A stretch of 64,000 nt of DNA from NCBI GenBank assembly GCA_963804995.1, contig CAWDSK010000006.1:1728001-1792000 (forward strand), written 5' to 3'. Position numbers and translations under genes: made by a program. Below, one piece after another: positions 52,033 through 63,683 of the stretch (positions are counted from its first letter, which is position 1; every line of letters starts with the position of its first letter). A model generated the notes under the pieces. The model saw only the letters and a list, made by a program, of their open reading frames with translations. It did not search any database and had not been told where the DNA came from. This DNA is from an uncultured Acidobacteriota bacterium (lineage in GTDB: Bacteria > Acidobacteriota > Terriglobia > UBA7540).

Positions 52033-52737
52033 ATGAGCGTCTTAGCAATTATTCCAGCGGCAGGAATGGGGGTGCGGATGGGTGGGGGTACGCCCAAACA
52101 ATTCCTCTCCCTTGAAGGGGTGCCCATTTTCGTGCACACACTGCGAAAGTTTGTGGGCTCCGACGCCATCGATGAGATCTTTCTGGGCGTGCGCCCGGAA
52201 GACATGGAGCGGGCTTCCAAGGAAATCGATGGCGCGCGCTTTCTGAAGACTGTCCGCCTCGTCCTGGGCGGCGCATCACGTCAGGACACCGTGGCGCGCT
52301 GCCTCCGGGAAGCGTCAGCCGACACTGAAATCGTGGTCGTGCACGACGCCGTGCGTCCCTTTATCAAGCTGGAAATGATTCGCGAAGTGGTTGAAACGGC
52401 GCGCGAGACGGGTGCGGCCATCCTGGGCATCCCGAGCGTTGACACCGTGAAGCAGGTGGAGCGGCAAGTCATTCTGGGAACGATTCCGCGCGAGCGCATT
52501 GTATTGGCCCAGACGCCTCAAGCTTTCCGTTACACGATCCTGCGTGAGGCCGTCGACCGTGCCTTGACGGAAGGCTTTAACGGCACGGATGAATCCAGCC
52601 TGGTGGAACGCCAAGGCCAAAACGTAACCGTGTTGATGGGTTCGGACCGGAACATCAAGATCACCAAGCCTTCGGACCTGCCCCTGGCCCGCCTTTACAT
52701 CGCCCAGGAACGCGAGCACATTCAGAGTGACGTCTAA
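52033..52737 (+). CDS. ispD: 2-C-methyl-D-erythritol 4-phosphate cytidylyltransferase
   Basis: PAAG.G.RMG, PKQF, VHDAVRP, QTPQ.F, NIKIT. Confidence 0.93.
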   Translation: MSVLAIIPAAGMGVRMGGGTPKQFLSLEGVPIFVHTLRKFVGSDAIDEIFLGVRPEDMERASKEIDGARFLKTVRLVLGGASRQDTVARCLREASADTEIVVVHDAVRPFIKLEMIREVVETARETGAAILGIPSVDTVKQVERQVILGTIPRERIVLAQTPQAFRYTILREAVDRALTEGFNGTDESSLVERQGQNVTVLMGSDRNIKITKPSDLPLARLYIAQEREHIQSDV

Positions 52738-53279
52738 CTTGGGAAATATGAGTCCTCTACCTCGGAGTAAAAAACCTACACCGGTCGACCGGTCACCACT
52801 CGCGTTCCGGGTGGGCCTCGGTAACGACCTCCACCCACTGGCCGCGGGACGCAAGCTGATCCTGGGCGGCGTTCACATCCCCTTTGAAAAAGGACCCGTC
52901 GGCCATTCCGATGGCGATGTGCTGGCCCACGCTATCTGCGACGCCCTGCTGGGGGCGGCGGCCATGGGCGACATCGGACGCCATTTCCCCAACACCTCTC
53001 CAAAGTGGAAAAACGCTTCCAGCCTGCTGTTTTTGCGCCGCGTCCGCGCCTTGCTTGCTGACGCCGGGTACGCAATTGTCAACGTCGACTCAACGGTCGG
53101 GCTCGAAGCGGCCCAAGCTTGCTCCCCACATTCCGCGCATTACTCGCAATCTGGCGGCGGCGCTCGGATTGAAGCCCCATGAGGTCAGCGTGAAGGCCAA
53201 AAGCGGCGAAGGTCTGGACGCAATCGGTCGCGGCGAGGCGATTCGCGCGGATGCTGTGGCACTGCTGCACCGCCATTGA
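52727..53279 (+). CDS. ispF: MEcPP synthase; apparent +1 frameshift near 53106
   Basis: [25 protein letters not shown]...VSVKA continues in ORF 52884..53279. Confidence 0.9.
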
Positions 53280-53479
53280 CCTTGGTGTGGTATGCCGATG
53301 TGGCGCCAGATGGAATTCTTCCAGACTAAATCGGGAGATCAGCGTTCCGACTTTTGCCTTTTGACCTTTGCACTTTGCCTTTTGAATTGCTTTTTCCGGC
53401 TAGAGGCTGACCCCCAGCAGATGCATTCTCAGGTTGGTATTCCTCGCCAACGAATTCAACCTCCCGGCCCTGAAACCAA

Positions 53480-54307
53480 ATGGTCCCCCTCCCACCCATT
53501 CTGAAGCGCATGCTCACACGCCGGCCGGCGCCGCTCGTGTGGCCACCGCTCAAGATTGGCCATCGGGGCGCGGCGGGTGAGGCGCCGGAAAACACTCTTC
53601 AGGCATTCGAACTGGCCCTACGTCAGGGAGCGGATGGAATCGAATTCGACGTTCATCTCTCTTCTGACGGCATTCCTGTGGTCATCCACGACCCGCGCCT
53701 CACCCGCACCACCTCCGGAAATGGCTGGGTACACGAGCATCGGGCAAGCGTGTTGCGCAGGCTCAACGCAGGTTCCTGGTTCAATCGCCGGCATCCCATA
53801 CGCGCGCGCGAACGATACGCGGGCGCGCGCATTCCCTTGCTATCGGAAATCCTCCAATGGGTGCGCAGCCGGCAGTGCCTGGCGTTTGTTGAGATCAAAG
53901 GCTCAACACCGGGTCTGGAGGAGAAGATTCTCAGGGAGATCGACCGCGCCGGAGTGTGGCGTCTGGCGTGGGTGATTTGCTTCGACCCGCAAAGGCTCCA
54001 GCGGGTTCGGGATTCAAACACGCAAGTCCGCCTCGGCCTGGATACCTCGAGCCGTCTGCTGGCCATCCGCCAGGCTGGGGCGGTGGGCGCTCGGCTATTG
54101 CTTCCGCACTGGGCGATCGCTTCGCGACGATTCATCCGCCGTGCGCATCGCGAATCAATACAAGTCATCCCCTGGACGGTTAATTACCGGCTGCATATGC
54201 GGCGTAAGATTCTGGATGGTGTGGACGGCATCATTACAAATTACCCGGCGAGACTTACCGAGGTGGTGGCGCGCTTCGAGAAGCGGCTACACATGCCAGA
54301 GGAGTGA
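53480..54307 (+). CDS. Glycerophosphodiester phosphodiesterase
   Basis: GHRGA, PENT, EFDV, HD, EIK, WTVN, DGIIT.YP. Confidence 0.9.
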   Translation: MVPLPPILKRMLTRRPAPLVWPPLKIGHRGAAGEAPENTLQAFELALRQGADGIEFDVHLSSDGIPVVIHDPRLTRTTSGNGWVHEHRASVLRRLNAGSWFNRRHPIRARERYAGARIPLLSEILQWVRSRQCLAFVEIKGSTPGLEEKILREIDRAGVWRLAWVICFDPQRLQRVRDSNTQVRLGLDTSSRLLAIRQAGAVGARLLLPHWAIASRRFIRRAHRESIQVIPWTVNYRLHMRRKILDGVDGIITNYPARLTEVVARFEKRLHMPEE

Positions 54308-54378
54308 GGTGCACTCCGGCACGACGCGTGTTGTCGCCTGTCGCGGGCACGGTTATAATCCCGCCCGGGCAATTATTG

Positions 54379-54681
54379 ATGTCTATGGCCAAGCCGGCGT
54401 CCAAAATCGCCAAGAAGTTTGTGATCACGGGCCGTGTCCAGGGTGTAGGGTTTCGCTATTTCGCCGAACGTTGGGCCAGTCAACTCAGCGTCTGCGGGTA
54501 TGTGAAAAACCTTTGGGACGGCAACGTCGAGGTCTACGCCATTGGTGACCCGGTTGCCATCGAAGAATTTAAGAGACAACTCGCGGAGGGACCGCGCAGT
54601 GCTCGGGTGACCAACGTCAGCGAGTCGGACGAGCCTGTGGACAAACGCTGTAACTACTTCGCCATCGAGGGTGGGTGGTAA
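54379..54681 (+). CDS. acyP: Acylphosphatase
   Basis: GRVQGVGFR, GYVKN..DG.VE, GP..A.V. Confidence 0.9.
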   Translation: MSMAKPASKIAKKFVITGRVQGVGFRYFAERWASQLSVCGYVKNLWDGNVEVYAIGDPVAIEEFKRQLAEGPRSARVTNVSESDEPVDKRCNYFAIEGGW

Positions 54682-54693
54682 GCAAGCAGTCTT

Positions 54694-54748
54694 GCAGGGG
54701 CGAGCGGCGCTCGCCCGGCATCGAAGGCCGAGCGCCGCTACGCCCTAC
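54694..54748. repeat. GTAG-type REP doublet
   Basis: gggcgagcggcgctcgccc ... gagcgccgctacgccctac. Confidence 0.55.
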
Positions 54749-54780
54749 TATTTCCATCTTGTACATGCGACGGAGGACCT

Positions 54781-55296
54781 GTGATCGATCTAAAGAAGCT
54801 GATTCGTGAAATTCCTGATTACCCCAAGCCGGGCATTCTGTTTTACGACATCACCACCCTGCTGAAAGACCCTGCGGGGCTGCACTGGGTCGTCGACGTG
54901 CTCGCCAATTCCTTCTTGACGCAGAAAATCGACCAGGTCATCGGCATCGAGGCGCGGGGCTTTATTTTCGCGCCCATGGTGGCCTACCGGCTGAACGCAG
55001 GCTTTGTGCCGGCGCGCAAACCCAACAAGCTGCCCGCCGAGCGCGCTAAGATGTCCTACAACCTTGAATACGGGACAGACGCGATAGAGATTCACCGCGA
55101 CGCCATTCGCCCAGGACTAGAACTGTTGATCATCGACAACCTGCTGGCGACGGGAGGAACTGCCGCAGCAACGGCGCGGCTCGTAGAATCACTGGGCGGT
55201 GTCGTGGCCGGAATGGGATTTGTGATCGAATTGGAGGAATTGAAAGGCCGCGAGAAGCTGAGCAAGTACGCGGTTTATTCGGTTCTGAAGTATTGA
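54781..55296 (+). CDS. apt: Adenine phosphoribosyltransferase
   Basis: [30 protein letters not shown](N)LLATGGT. Confidence 0.92.
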   Translation: MIDLKKLIREIPDYPKPGILFYDITTLLKDPAGLHWVVDVLANSFLTQKIDQVIGIEARGFIFAPMVAYRLNAGFVPARKPNKLPAERAKMSYNLEYGTDAIEIHRDAIRPGLELLIIDNLLATGGTAAATARLVESLGGVVAGMGFVIELEELKGREKLSKYAVYSVLKY

Positions 55297-55304
55297 AGAA
55301 GAGC

Positions 55305-55403
55305 AGTTGATAGTTGATAGTCGATAGTTGATAGTCGAAAGCGGCGAGTGCCTGCTCCCAACCTTCGACTTTCAACTCTCAACTATGGACTATTGACTAT
55401 CAA
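55305..55403. repeat. Inverted heptamer tracts (AGTTGAT-like / CTATCAA-like)
   Basis: 7-bp periodicity between convergent genes. Confidence 0.75.
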
Positions 55404-56037
55404 CCGCTTTCAAGATCGCATCCAGGAAGAACTCTTCCGGCAGTGACCCTTCGATGTATTCCCCTTCATTAATGACCGTCTTGGGGACGGCGTAGACGCG
55501 GTAGTGGCCGGCAAGGTCAGGGAATTCCGTAGCTTCGATGCCGTCGGCGCGGACGAGGTCACTTTCCAGGGCGAACTGATAAGCCAGGCGCACGGCCCGC
55601 GGACAGTGGGGTCAGGTGGGTGTGGAAAAGACTTCCAGATGAAGCGGTTGACTGAGTTTGGCCAGCTTTTCGCGGCTCTCAGGCTGCAATCCCGAATCCC
55701 CCTTTGAAACCGCCAGGATGGCATCCAGCACCGCCGAGAACTCATACCCCGCGGGCAGCCCGAAGAATCGAATGCCGAAGTCCTTGCCGTTGCGAATGGC
55801 TGTGGCGGGAACCTTGTCGACCCCGTACTCGGCCACCTTCTCATGGTCGAGAAGGAAATTGTAGATCTCGAGCGAAAGATTGTCGGAGAGTAACACCAAT
55901 TCTTCAAGCATTTGCCGGGTTTCGCGGCCGTATTCAAGATTCAGCTCCTGGGTGAAATGCACCAGCTTAACGGGGTCCACCATTCCTTTGAGTCTTAAGC
56001 GGATTTCTTCCGCATCCGATTCCTGAATCAGTCCCAT
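55390..56037 (-). CDS. Selenocysteine-containing protein-disulfide oxidoreductase (two thioredoxin folds, UPHC)
   Basis: ORFs 55612..56118 and 55390..55593 are in one frame, separated only by TGA in FSTPT-TGA-PHCP. Confidence 0.85.
55576..55615 (-). promoter_or_regulatory. Candidate bacterial SECIS hairpin
   Basis: GGGCC-GTGCGCCT-GGCTT stem-loop; loop starts with G 18 nt after UGA; CTGA/TCAG could close the base. Confidence 0.45.
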
Positions 56038-56185
56038 GGGTCTCCTTGCCGAAATTTCATCATGATTCGCAGACCAGACCACCTCGGTCTGCCAGGCCGC
56101 CTGCAATTTCAGATGCATGAGAAAAGAAAGAGGTGCAGGGAAAAGTGACTAACCGGTTTGAAGTGGCAAGGCTTGTGGGAAATGG

Positions 56186-57118
56186 TCACGATGATGGTTG
56201 TGATGCTCGTCCAATTTCTTCCAATGGTGCGATGGCGAAGGTTACCAGCCGTTGTCCAATGTAATAAAGCTGCTCCGCCGTGAAGTTGCGCCCCGAGAGT
56301 AGACCGTTGGCACATTGGTAGGTGGCCTCCTGCAAGTCTTCGTCACCGGCGAGCAACCTGCGAAGTCCGGCACCCGCAGAGGCCGCCAGTTCGCGCCAGC
56401 GGTGTGGGAAGCAATGATCGAGGGCATTCGCCCATCGCTCAGGCCACTGCTCGATAGCATCTTCAGGGCTCAGAGCAGCGATGGCGAGAACCCGCCCGAG
56501 GTCCTTGTTCCGGCGCATGTGGGGACGCCCGAGGTACTCGGTATGTTCGATGATCACATCGGAGAAGTCCCGATGTTCAAGCAGATTCATGAGGGCCATC
56601 ATCTCCGGCCGGGCACAGCGGATACCAAACTCGGTAGACTGGGCATCATAAGTGGCGACACGCGTGAATTGAAAACTCGGCAGGCCGTAGTGGTCGCCGG
56701 AGGATAAGGGCAAACGGGTCCACTCCCGCGCGGTCTGATCCTCCGACGCCGGCTCCGTAAGGAGTTCAAGGTACCATTCGGTGGAACCCGGCGGATAAAG
56801 TCGAACAGCTGGCAGGTTGTCACGCGGAGTATTTTGGTTTCCTGGCTTTCCGAACTCTCCCTCCGCTATGGGTTTCCAGCCGCCGGAGAGGAGTTTCTCC
56901 GCCACCTTGCGTCCGGATTCCACGGCAGTAAGGTATGGTGAAAGAACGCAGTCAATGTCCTTGGTACGAACCCCGAAGGTCTCGTCATCGTGGAACAGGC
57001 AATAGGCAGCAGCAAGGCTGCCGATTATGATGATGTGGGGATGGATTTCGGGCGGGATCGCCGAAGCTACTTGCGCGAGCACCTCTCGTGGGGAGACTTT
57101 CTGGGGTCCGGGGTTCAT
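56186..57118 (-). CDS. AbiEii-like nucleotidyltransferase
   Basis: IIIGSLAA...RTKDID motif; late R.NKD motif. Confidence 0.6.
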   Translation of the reverse strand: MNPGPQKVSPREVLAQVASAIPPEIHPHIIIIGSLAAAYCLFHDDETFGVRTKDIDCVLSPYLTAVESGRKVAEKLLSGGWKPIAEGEFGKPGNQNTPRDNLPAVRLYPPGSTEWYLELLTEPASEDQTAREWTRLPLSSGDHYGLPSFQFTRVATYDAQSTEFGIRCARPEMMALMNLLEHRDFSDVIIEHTEYLGRPHMRRNKDLGRVLAIAALSPEDAIEQWPERWANALDHCFPHRWRELAASAGAGLRRLLAGDEDLQEATYQCANGLLSGRNFTAEQLYYIGQRLVTFAIAPLEEIGRASQPSS

Positions 57119-58176
57119 GGCGTGTGTAACCGTCGGGATTCGAGCGCCCGGAGAAAATCAACCGCCTGAGACTCCAAGTGCGCCTCATGCAAATCGAGCA
57201 AGCACTCAACTGGGTCCGCCCAGGACAATGTTCCCGCAACATGTTCGAAAAACGACTGCTGTCGCCGCACGGCGTGGACAGCCACGTTTACAGGCTGAAG
57301 GGGGTCCTCCACTTTCTTCAGTGCCGGATCGAGTTTTTCGATGAAACTGAGGTCCATGTTCCCGCCTGGACAAAGAAGTGAGAGATCCAGCCGTGGTGTG
57401 CCAACGAGGTCGAGGTTCGGGTAATGGTGCTTTGCCCCAATAACACCCCCAACGGCCAAGTTAGCGATGTTCAGCTTTTCGAGGCGGCGGATATGGGATT
57501 CGGGCGACCGCTGTTGTTCAAACAGTTGTCCAGAATGGTCAACGAAACGAACAGTAGAACGAACGTGGTCCGAGACAGCCAACAATCTTCGCCACTCATC
57601 CTTGGGAAAGTATCGAAGTTCGACTCGCCGATCGGAGTGGCGCAGCAGGTAGGGATCAAGTCGGCGGAGCGCGTCGCGGACGGTCGGGTAGCTGCAACCG
57701 GCGGTTTTCATGAGCCAGTCACTGGTCATTGGCCCCTGGTTGAGCAACCATTGATGCAGCAGGATTTGAAAAATGGCGTAGTAGGAGTTTCGCGGCTTGC
57801 CCTGGTGGGATTCTTCAAGGATCAGTTGATCCAGCCAAGCACGAAAGTCCGCTCCCAGGTCCGGAGGGAGCCCGATGTATTGTTTGTCTCTCGCGACGGC
57901 TACCGTGAGGCGGCTCATAATCTCCGGGCGGAGCACCTTATTGTCGAGTTGCCGCTCCTGTTGCAACCCTTCCTCTGTAATACGCGAATCCACCAGAACC
58001 AGTAATCCGCGGCACCTGGGGTTGTTGGTCAGCCAGTAGGCCAGACCAAGAAGGCTGGCGCGAAGGTCCCGAAAGCCATGGGTTTGGAACTTCACTTCGA
58101 CCCCGATGTCCTGCCATTGGCCGTCTAGCTGATAGCCGATTCCAACCATCCGCCGTCTGGGTAGGCTAACTGTCAT
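57115..58176 (-). CDS. AbiEi-like HTH protein (putative antitoxin)
   Basis: Central HTH ([16 protein letters not shown]), AVGG..GA, C-terminal [14 protein letters not shown] overlap with partner. Confidence 0.55.
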   Translation of the reverse strand: MTVSLPRRRMVGIGYQLDGQWQDIGVEVKFQTHGFRDLRASLLGLAYWLTNNPRCRGLLVLVDSRITEEGLQQERQLDNKVLRPEIMSRLTVAVARDKQYIGLPPDLGADFRAWLDQLILEESHQGKPRNSYYAIFQILLHQWLLNQGPMTSDWLMKTAGCSYPTVRDALRRLDPYLLRHSDRRVELRYFPKDEWRRLLAVSDHVRSTVRFVDHSGQLFEQQRSPESHIRRLEKLNIANLAVGGVIGAKHHYPNLDLVGTPRLDLSLLCPGGNMDLSFIEKLDPALKKVEDPLQPVNVAVHAVRRQQSFFEHVAGTLSWADPVECLLDLHEAHLESQAVDFLRALESRRLHTP

Positions 58177-58187
58177 AGCGAGATTAG

Positions 58188-58235
58188 GTTACAACTTTCA
58201 AGTTGAAGTTGCAACTACATATTAAAGTAGCAACT
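58188..58235. promoter_or_regulatory. Three GT(T/A)(A/G)CAACT boxes, candidate autoregulatory operator
   Basis: gttacaact 58188, gttgcaact 58208, gtagcaact 58227. Confidence 0.5.
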
Positions 58236-58454
58236 CAATGTTTTAGTTCCAGAATCGAGTTTCATACTGGAGCCCAGCAGCGGTCATTCTGGGGTAGTGA
58301 AAAGCAAAGCCTGTGGTCACGGCCCGCTCCAGGCAGGCAGCCCGCATTGGCAAGACCACAAGTCAAAATTCAAATGGCAAAAGTCTTGCTTTTTTGTCGG
58401 AGAGCCGCTCGGCGCTACGGGGCACCCCTACTGTCCTTCGGAGGCGAAGTTTCG

Positions 58455-59937
58455 TTACGTTTCCGCCTCCGCGTCGAACCCGAACTTCTTCATCTTATAG
58501 CGGAGGGCGTCGCGGGAGATATCGAGCAACTTGGCGGCGTGGGTCTGGTTGCCCGCGGTTTGTTTGAGCGCCAAACCCACGAGTTCCCGTTCCACTTCTT
58601 CAAGCGAGGTGCCCTGTTTGGGAAGTTCCAGCACCGGGATCATCCTCCCCGAAGCCAGGGGTCGCCACGTGGCAGCCGTACTGCTGACCATCAAGGGAGT
58701 ATCCGTGGACTCCCCATCGGGGACGCTCACCGGCATAGGCGATTCGTACCTCTCGGTTTGTCCTGTCACCTGGATGGGCAAGTAGGTGGGCCGGATGTAA
58801 TCCGACTCCTCCAGGATCATGGCGCGCTCCACGGCGTTCTTGAGCTCGCGGACGTTTCCCGGCCAATCGTATTGCAGCAGCAGGTCGCGGGTTTCCTGGG
58901 TGATGCCTTTCACCGTCTTGCGGAAGCGAAAGTTATAGCGCTCGATAAAGAACTCGAACGAGGGGCAGGATATCTTCCTTGCGGTGCCGCAGGGGAGGAA
59001 TGAAGATGGGGATGACGCTGAGCCGGTAGAACAAGTCCTGGCGGAAGGTCGAGTCGCGCACGCCCTGCTCCAGATCGCGATTGGAGGCGGCGATGACGCG
59101 AATATCCACGCCGATATCCTTGACGCCGCCGATGCGCCGAATGGTTTGATCTTCCAGCGCCCGCAACAGCTTCGCCTGCAGGTACGTGGACAACTCGCCG
59201 ATTTCGTCCAGGAAAAGCGTGCCGCCGTCGGCAACTTCAAACAGTCCCTTCTTCTGCGCCTTGGCATCGGTAAAGGCGCCGCGCTCATGCCCGAAAAGCT
59301 CCGCTTCCATCAGGGTCTCGGGAATAGCCGAGCAATTGATGGTCACGAAGGGCTTATCGTTGCGAGTGCTGTCGTAATGAATGGACTTGGCAATCAGATC
59401 CTTGCCCGTCCCGCTTTCCCCCTGGATGAGCACGGTAGAGGTTTCACTGACCGCCACCTTGCGCACAAAGTTCATCAGCTCGAGCATGCGGGGCGATTTC
59501 CCGATGACCTCGTGGTAACCCGAGCGCTTGCGCACCTCATCGCGCAGGTTGTCGCGCTCTGAACGCAGGCGCGAGCGGTCAATGGCGTTGGCCAGGGTGA
59601 TTTGCAGCTCGTCGAAATCAAGCGGCTTCTTGATAAAGTCGAGCGCCCCCAGCTTAATCGCCGTCTTGATGTCGTCAAGCTGCGGGTCACCCGTAATCAT
59701 GATGACCGGAATGGAAAGGTTGTTCTGCTTGATTTCGCGCAGGACCTCGATTCCGCTCAGGTCCGGCAGGCGCACGTCGAGAAGAATGAGGTCGGGAGCC
59801 TCGGCGCGAATCTGCGCCAGCCCCCCCGTGCCGCTTTCAGCTTCGATGGCCGTGTAACCCCACTCCTCCAATTGGCGGCGGACTGACCAGCGGATCAGTT
59901 TTTCGTCGTCCACAATCAGAACTTTTTCATTGGGCAT
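58455..59937 (-). CDS. NtrC-family sigma54 response regulator; apparent +1 frameshift near 58957
   Basis: [38 protein letters not shown] and Fis-HTH in ORF 58455..59288. Confidence 0.9.
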
Positions 59938-59980
59938 AGATTCAAGCCTCGGGGTTACGGGCTGCGGACCAGGAGCGATA

Positions 59981-60136
59981 GAATTATGAATGATAAATAG
60001 TAAATTATGAAAGCGAAACCACTCGGCCGCAATGGCATTGGGCGAGATAGTCAGGCTGTTACGTAATTCATAATTCAGAATTCAGAATTCAGAATTCTAA
60101 ATCCCCCAGCACCTAGTCCCTAGAACCTAGCACCTG
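59981..60136. repeat. Heptamer tracts (AATTATG / AATTCAG inverted pair; CACCTAG)
   Basis: 7-bp periodicity. Confidence 0.65.
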
Positions 60137-61234
60137 TACTTCTTCGACGGCCTCGCGCATGGGGAGGCGGATCATAAAGCGGCTTCCTTTGTTGATTTCG
60201 CTTTCTGCCGTGAGAGTGCCGCCGTGCTGGCTGATGATGCGCCGGCAAAGTGAAAGGCCCAGCCCCGTCCCTCCCCGCTTGGTGGTGTAGAAGGGGCGAA
60301 AGATCTTCTCGATCTGTTCCCGCGAAATTCCCGACCCGGTGTCGCTGACGGAAATCTCCACCTGGCTGGGGCGGTTTGGCCCACCTCCCCCACCCAGGAG
60401 TTTAGCCTGAATAGTAATCATACCCTCTTGGTTGATCGCCTGGATACCATTCAACACCAAGTTCAACAATACCTGGTGCAACTGCTCCGGGTCCATACGG
60501 AAACGCGGCAGTGCCGAGGGAAGCTGGATAGCAAACTCCACATTTTTGCTTCCAATCTGCTGTCTTGCAAACTGTAAAGTACGCGCCACCGTCTCCCGTA
60601 AATCCGCCATACCGAATTTGGGGGCTTTGGGGCGCGCGTAATTCAACAGGTCATTCAGGACCTTCTCTATACGCCGCACCTCCTGCCGCAGGTCTTCCAG
60701 GATTTCGCGGTCGGGGTGATCTTGGGGGAAATCCTTGCTGATAATCTCGATAGCACCGGCAATGCCCGCCAGGGGGTTGCGGATTTCATGCGCCACACCG
60801 GCCGCCAGTTCACCCATGGTGGCCAGGTGCTCCGCCTGCACCATCTCAGTGTCGTGGACGCGCTGGCAGTGGTCACAGAACTCGCGCCAGTGCTCCGTCA
60901 ACGACCGGATTTCCTTCTCCAGCGCCACGGTGCTGCTGGGAGGCGGGGTGATCTGAATCAGCGCGGGGTAAGTAGGCGCAATCTTGCTGATGGCTCCCCG
61001 CAAATCGTTGAGAATCTCCCAGGACCGCCGCTCCTGATAAATCAGCATCCCCATAGCGGCGGAAAGGGCCGCAAGCAATGCGACTGCCAATCCGATCCTG
61101 AAGGTCAGTCCATGACGAAAGCCCTCCACCGCCGTCAGCAAGATAATACCCGCCAGGGATATCACCAGAACCATCAGGTTCTGACGGAAGGACGGTGGAA
61201 ACCGCAAAAGGCGTTTTAGCCGTGCCCAATCCAA
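60113..61234 (-). CDS. Membrane-bound sensor histidine kinase (NtrB-like)
   Basis: Two TM segments, AHEIRNPL, N box, DTGSGI, GTGLGL; start uncertain. Confidence 0.9.
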   Translation of the reverse strand: MDWARLKRLLRFPPSFRQNLMVLVISLAGIILLTAVEGFRHGLTFRIGLAVALLAALSAAMGMLIYQERRSWEILNDLRGAISKIAPTYPALIQITPPPSSTVALEKEIRSLTEHWREFCDHCQRVHDTEMVQAEHLATMGELAAGVAHEIRNPLAGIAGAIEIISKDFPQDHPDREILEDLRQEVRRIEKVLNDLLNYARPKAPKFGMADLRETVARTLQFARQQIGSKNVEFAIQLPSALPRFRMDPEQLHQVLLNLVLNGIQAINQEGMITIQAKLLGGGGGPNRPSQVEISVSDTGSGISREQIEKIFRPFYTTKRGGTGLGLSLCRRIISQHGGTLTAESEINKGSRFMIRLPMREAVEEVQVLGSRD

Positions 61235-61255
61235 TGGTATGATATTTCCTTCTCA

Positions 61256-63037
61256 GTGAATATCAGCGGTCAATTTTATCACAAGGCAAAAATTGTGACT
61301 AGAAAGCCCGAGACATTCTTCGAGGAAATGAAGCGCTATGTCGGCTTCACTGAAGAAGATGCTCGCCTCTTGCACTCTCTCGGTGCAGGCATGGATCCCT
61401 ACTTGCCGGTCATGTCGGAGCGCTTCTACAACCAGATCACGCAACACCCTGAGGCGGACAAGGTCTTCACCGGCGGCCAGGAACAGATTGACCGGTTGAA
61501 GCACACGTTGCAAATCTGGGGGCGGCGTCTGTTTGAGGGGCCTTTCGACGAGGATTATGCTGCCGAGCGTTATAAGATCGGCGTTCGCCACGTACTCATC
61601 GGCTTGCCCCAGCGCTATATGATCAGCGCCATGGGAGTGGTGCGGGTGTGCCTCCAGGAAAGCCTGAATGAAGTTTTGCGCTCTGAACCCGAGCGCTTGG
61701 ATGCCACCCGGCTCGCACTGGACAAGATCCTGAACCTTGATCTGAACATGATGTGCGAGTCTTATTTCCAGGGAAGTATCCGCCACCTGAGTGAGCTGAA
61801 CCGAAAACTGGAACGCGCCAACTTCGAACTGGCGGAGTTGAGCAACGTCAAGACGGAGTTTCTGGCAACCACTTCGCACGAACTCCGCACCCCCCTCAAT
61901 TCCATACTGGGCTTTACACGGCTGATTCTCGATGGCCTGTGTGAGAACCGCGAGGAAGAGCGGGAGTTGCTGCGGGATGTCCTTTCCAGCGCCCAGCACC
62001 TCCTTTCCATCGTCAACGACCTGTTGGACGTGGCTAAGATCGAGGCGGGCAAACTCCGCTTGTCGGTGGAGAAGGTGGACCTCCAATCCATCATCCGAGA
62101 GGCCAAAGCCGTGGTGGGTGTACAGGCGGCGGCCAAGCACCTGACAATCGTCGACGAGACGGAATCGTTGCCTCTGCCTCTGGTGTCCGCCGATGGAGCC
62201 CGCGTCAAGCAGGTCCTGATCAACCTCATGAGCAACTCCGTCAAGTTCACCGACAAGGGCTGGATTACGCTGCGCGGGCGCTCTTTCCCGGATCGCGGCT
62301 TTGTGGAGCTCGAGCTTCAGGACACCGGGGTCGGAATTCCCCCGGCGATGCAGCGGCATCTCTTTGAGAAGTTCCGCCAGGTTGACAGCTCCTTCACTCG
62401 CCCGCAAGGTGGCAGCGGCCTGGGGCTGGCCATTTGCCGCAGCCTGGTGCAAATGATGGGGGGGCGTATCAAGCTCTGGAGCGCGGGCGTCGGCTGTGGA
62501 ACCACGGTGACTTTCTCACTTCCTGTGCGCCACGAGGTCGAAGATGCCGTGCACGTGAAAGGTAAGGAAGCCCTGGCCGCGGCCGGGAACGAAAACGGAG
62601 TGCGCGTTCTGGTGGTTGATAACGATCCGGAATTTCGCCGCTACCTCAAAACGCTGCTGACCAAGCGCGGTTACTACGTCCTGGGCGCAGCCACCGCAGA
62701 CGACGCGCTGGATGCTTCGCGCCGCTTCCGGCCGCAATTGCTGATCGTCGACTTGGCCCTGCCGCAGCGCCCCGGCGCGGAGTTGGCGGACGGCGCCGAT
62801 GTCATCTCCCAACTGCAGACGGGCGCCTTGGTTCGCGAAATCTATTGCTTGATGGTCACCGGCTATGACCCCATGGAGGCGCGCGAGCGGCTGTCACTGC
62901 TGCAAGTGACGCCGGAAATCTGGCAGAAGCCCCTCGAGGGCGGGAAATTCCTGGCGCGGCTGGAGGAGATTTTGCAAGGCTCCGGCTCGGCTCGAACCCC
63001 GGAGTCCGGCGCAAAGGCTGGCGGAGGAGCGGTAATG

Positions 63038-63043
<6 letters not shown>
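61256..63043 (+). CDS. Globin-coupled hybrid histidine kinase (protoglobin-HisKA-HATPase-REC)
   Basis: YVGFTEED...RFY...IGVRH..IGL globin; [15 protein letters not shown]-terminal REC; start uncertain. Confidence 0.88.
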
Positions 63044-63125
<82 letters not shown>

Positions 63126-63179
63126 TAGCGCTTGCTGCGAGTCCCGGCAGAGTCGGGATAGGCACTAACCAATTTCATC

Positions 63180-63575
63180 ATGCTTCGCATCTTGGTAGTT
63201 GAAGACAACCCGCTGGTAGCCAAATTCTATCGCCTCGCGCTGGAGCGCGCCGGCGGTTACCAGGTGACTTGCAGCGAGGACGTTGACGCGATCCTGGCAC
63301 AGGTTGCGGCCTCGTCGTTTGACGCTCTGATCCTCGATGTTTCCTTGCGTAGCTGTAGCTATAAAGGCCGCATGATCGATGGTCTGGAACTCGCCCGCCT
63401 GGTGCGCCAAATCCCGGCGGGCCAATCGTTACCCATCCTGCTGGCCACCGCCCACGCGATGGAGGGTGATCGCCAACGCTTGCTCACCGCCTCGGGCGCC
63501 AACGCCTACCTTGAGAAACCCATCTACGATCCCCAAATCCTCATCAGCAAGATCAAAGAATTGACCACGCCCTGA
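63180..63575 (+). CDS. Single-domain response regulator
   Basis: ILVVEDN, LILDV, TAHAM.GD, KP. Confidence 0.88.
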   Translation: MLRILVVEDNPLVAKFYRLALERAGGYQVTCSEDVDAILAQVAASSFDALILDVSLRSCSYKGRMIDGLELARLVRQIPAGQSLPILLATAHAMEGDRQRLLTASGANAYLEKPIYDPQILISKIKELTTP

Positions 63576-63683
63576 CGAGACGGACGGTTTTTGGACCTTT
63601 GTGTCACGACGGGTAGCGTAAGTGGTCGGCGAATTTTGGCGTGTCCCAGACCCTGGGTTTTTGGTGGGACCTCGCGCGCTATG

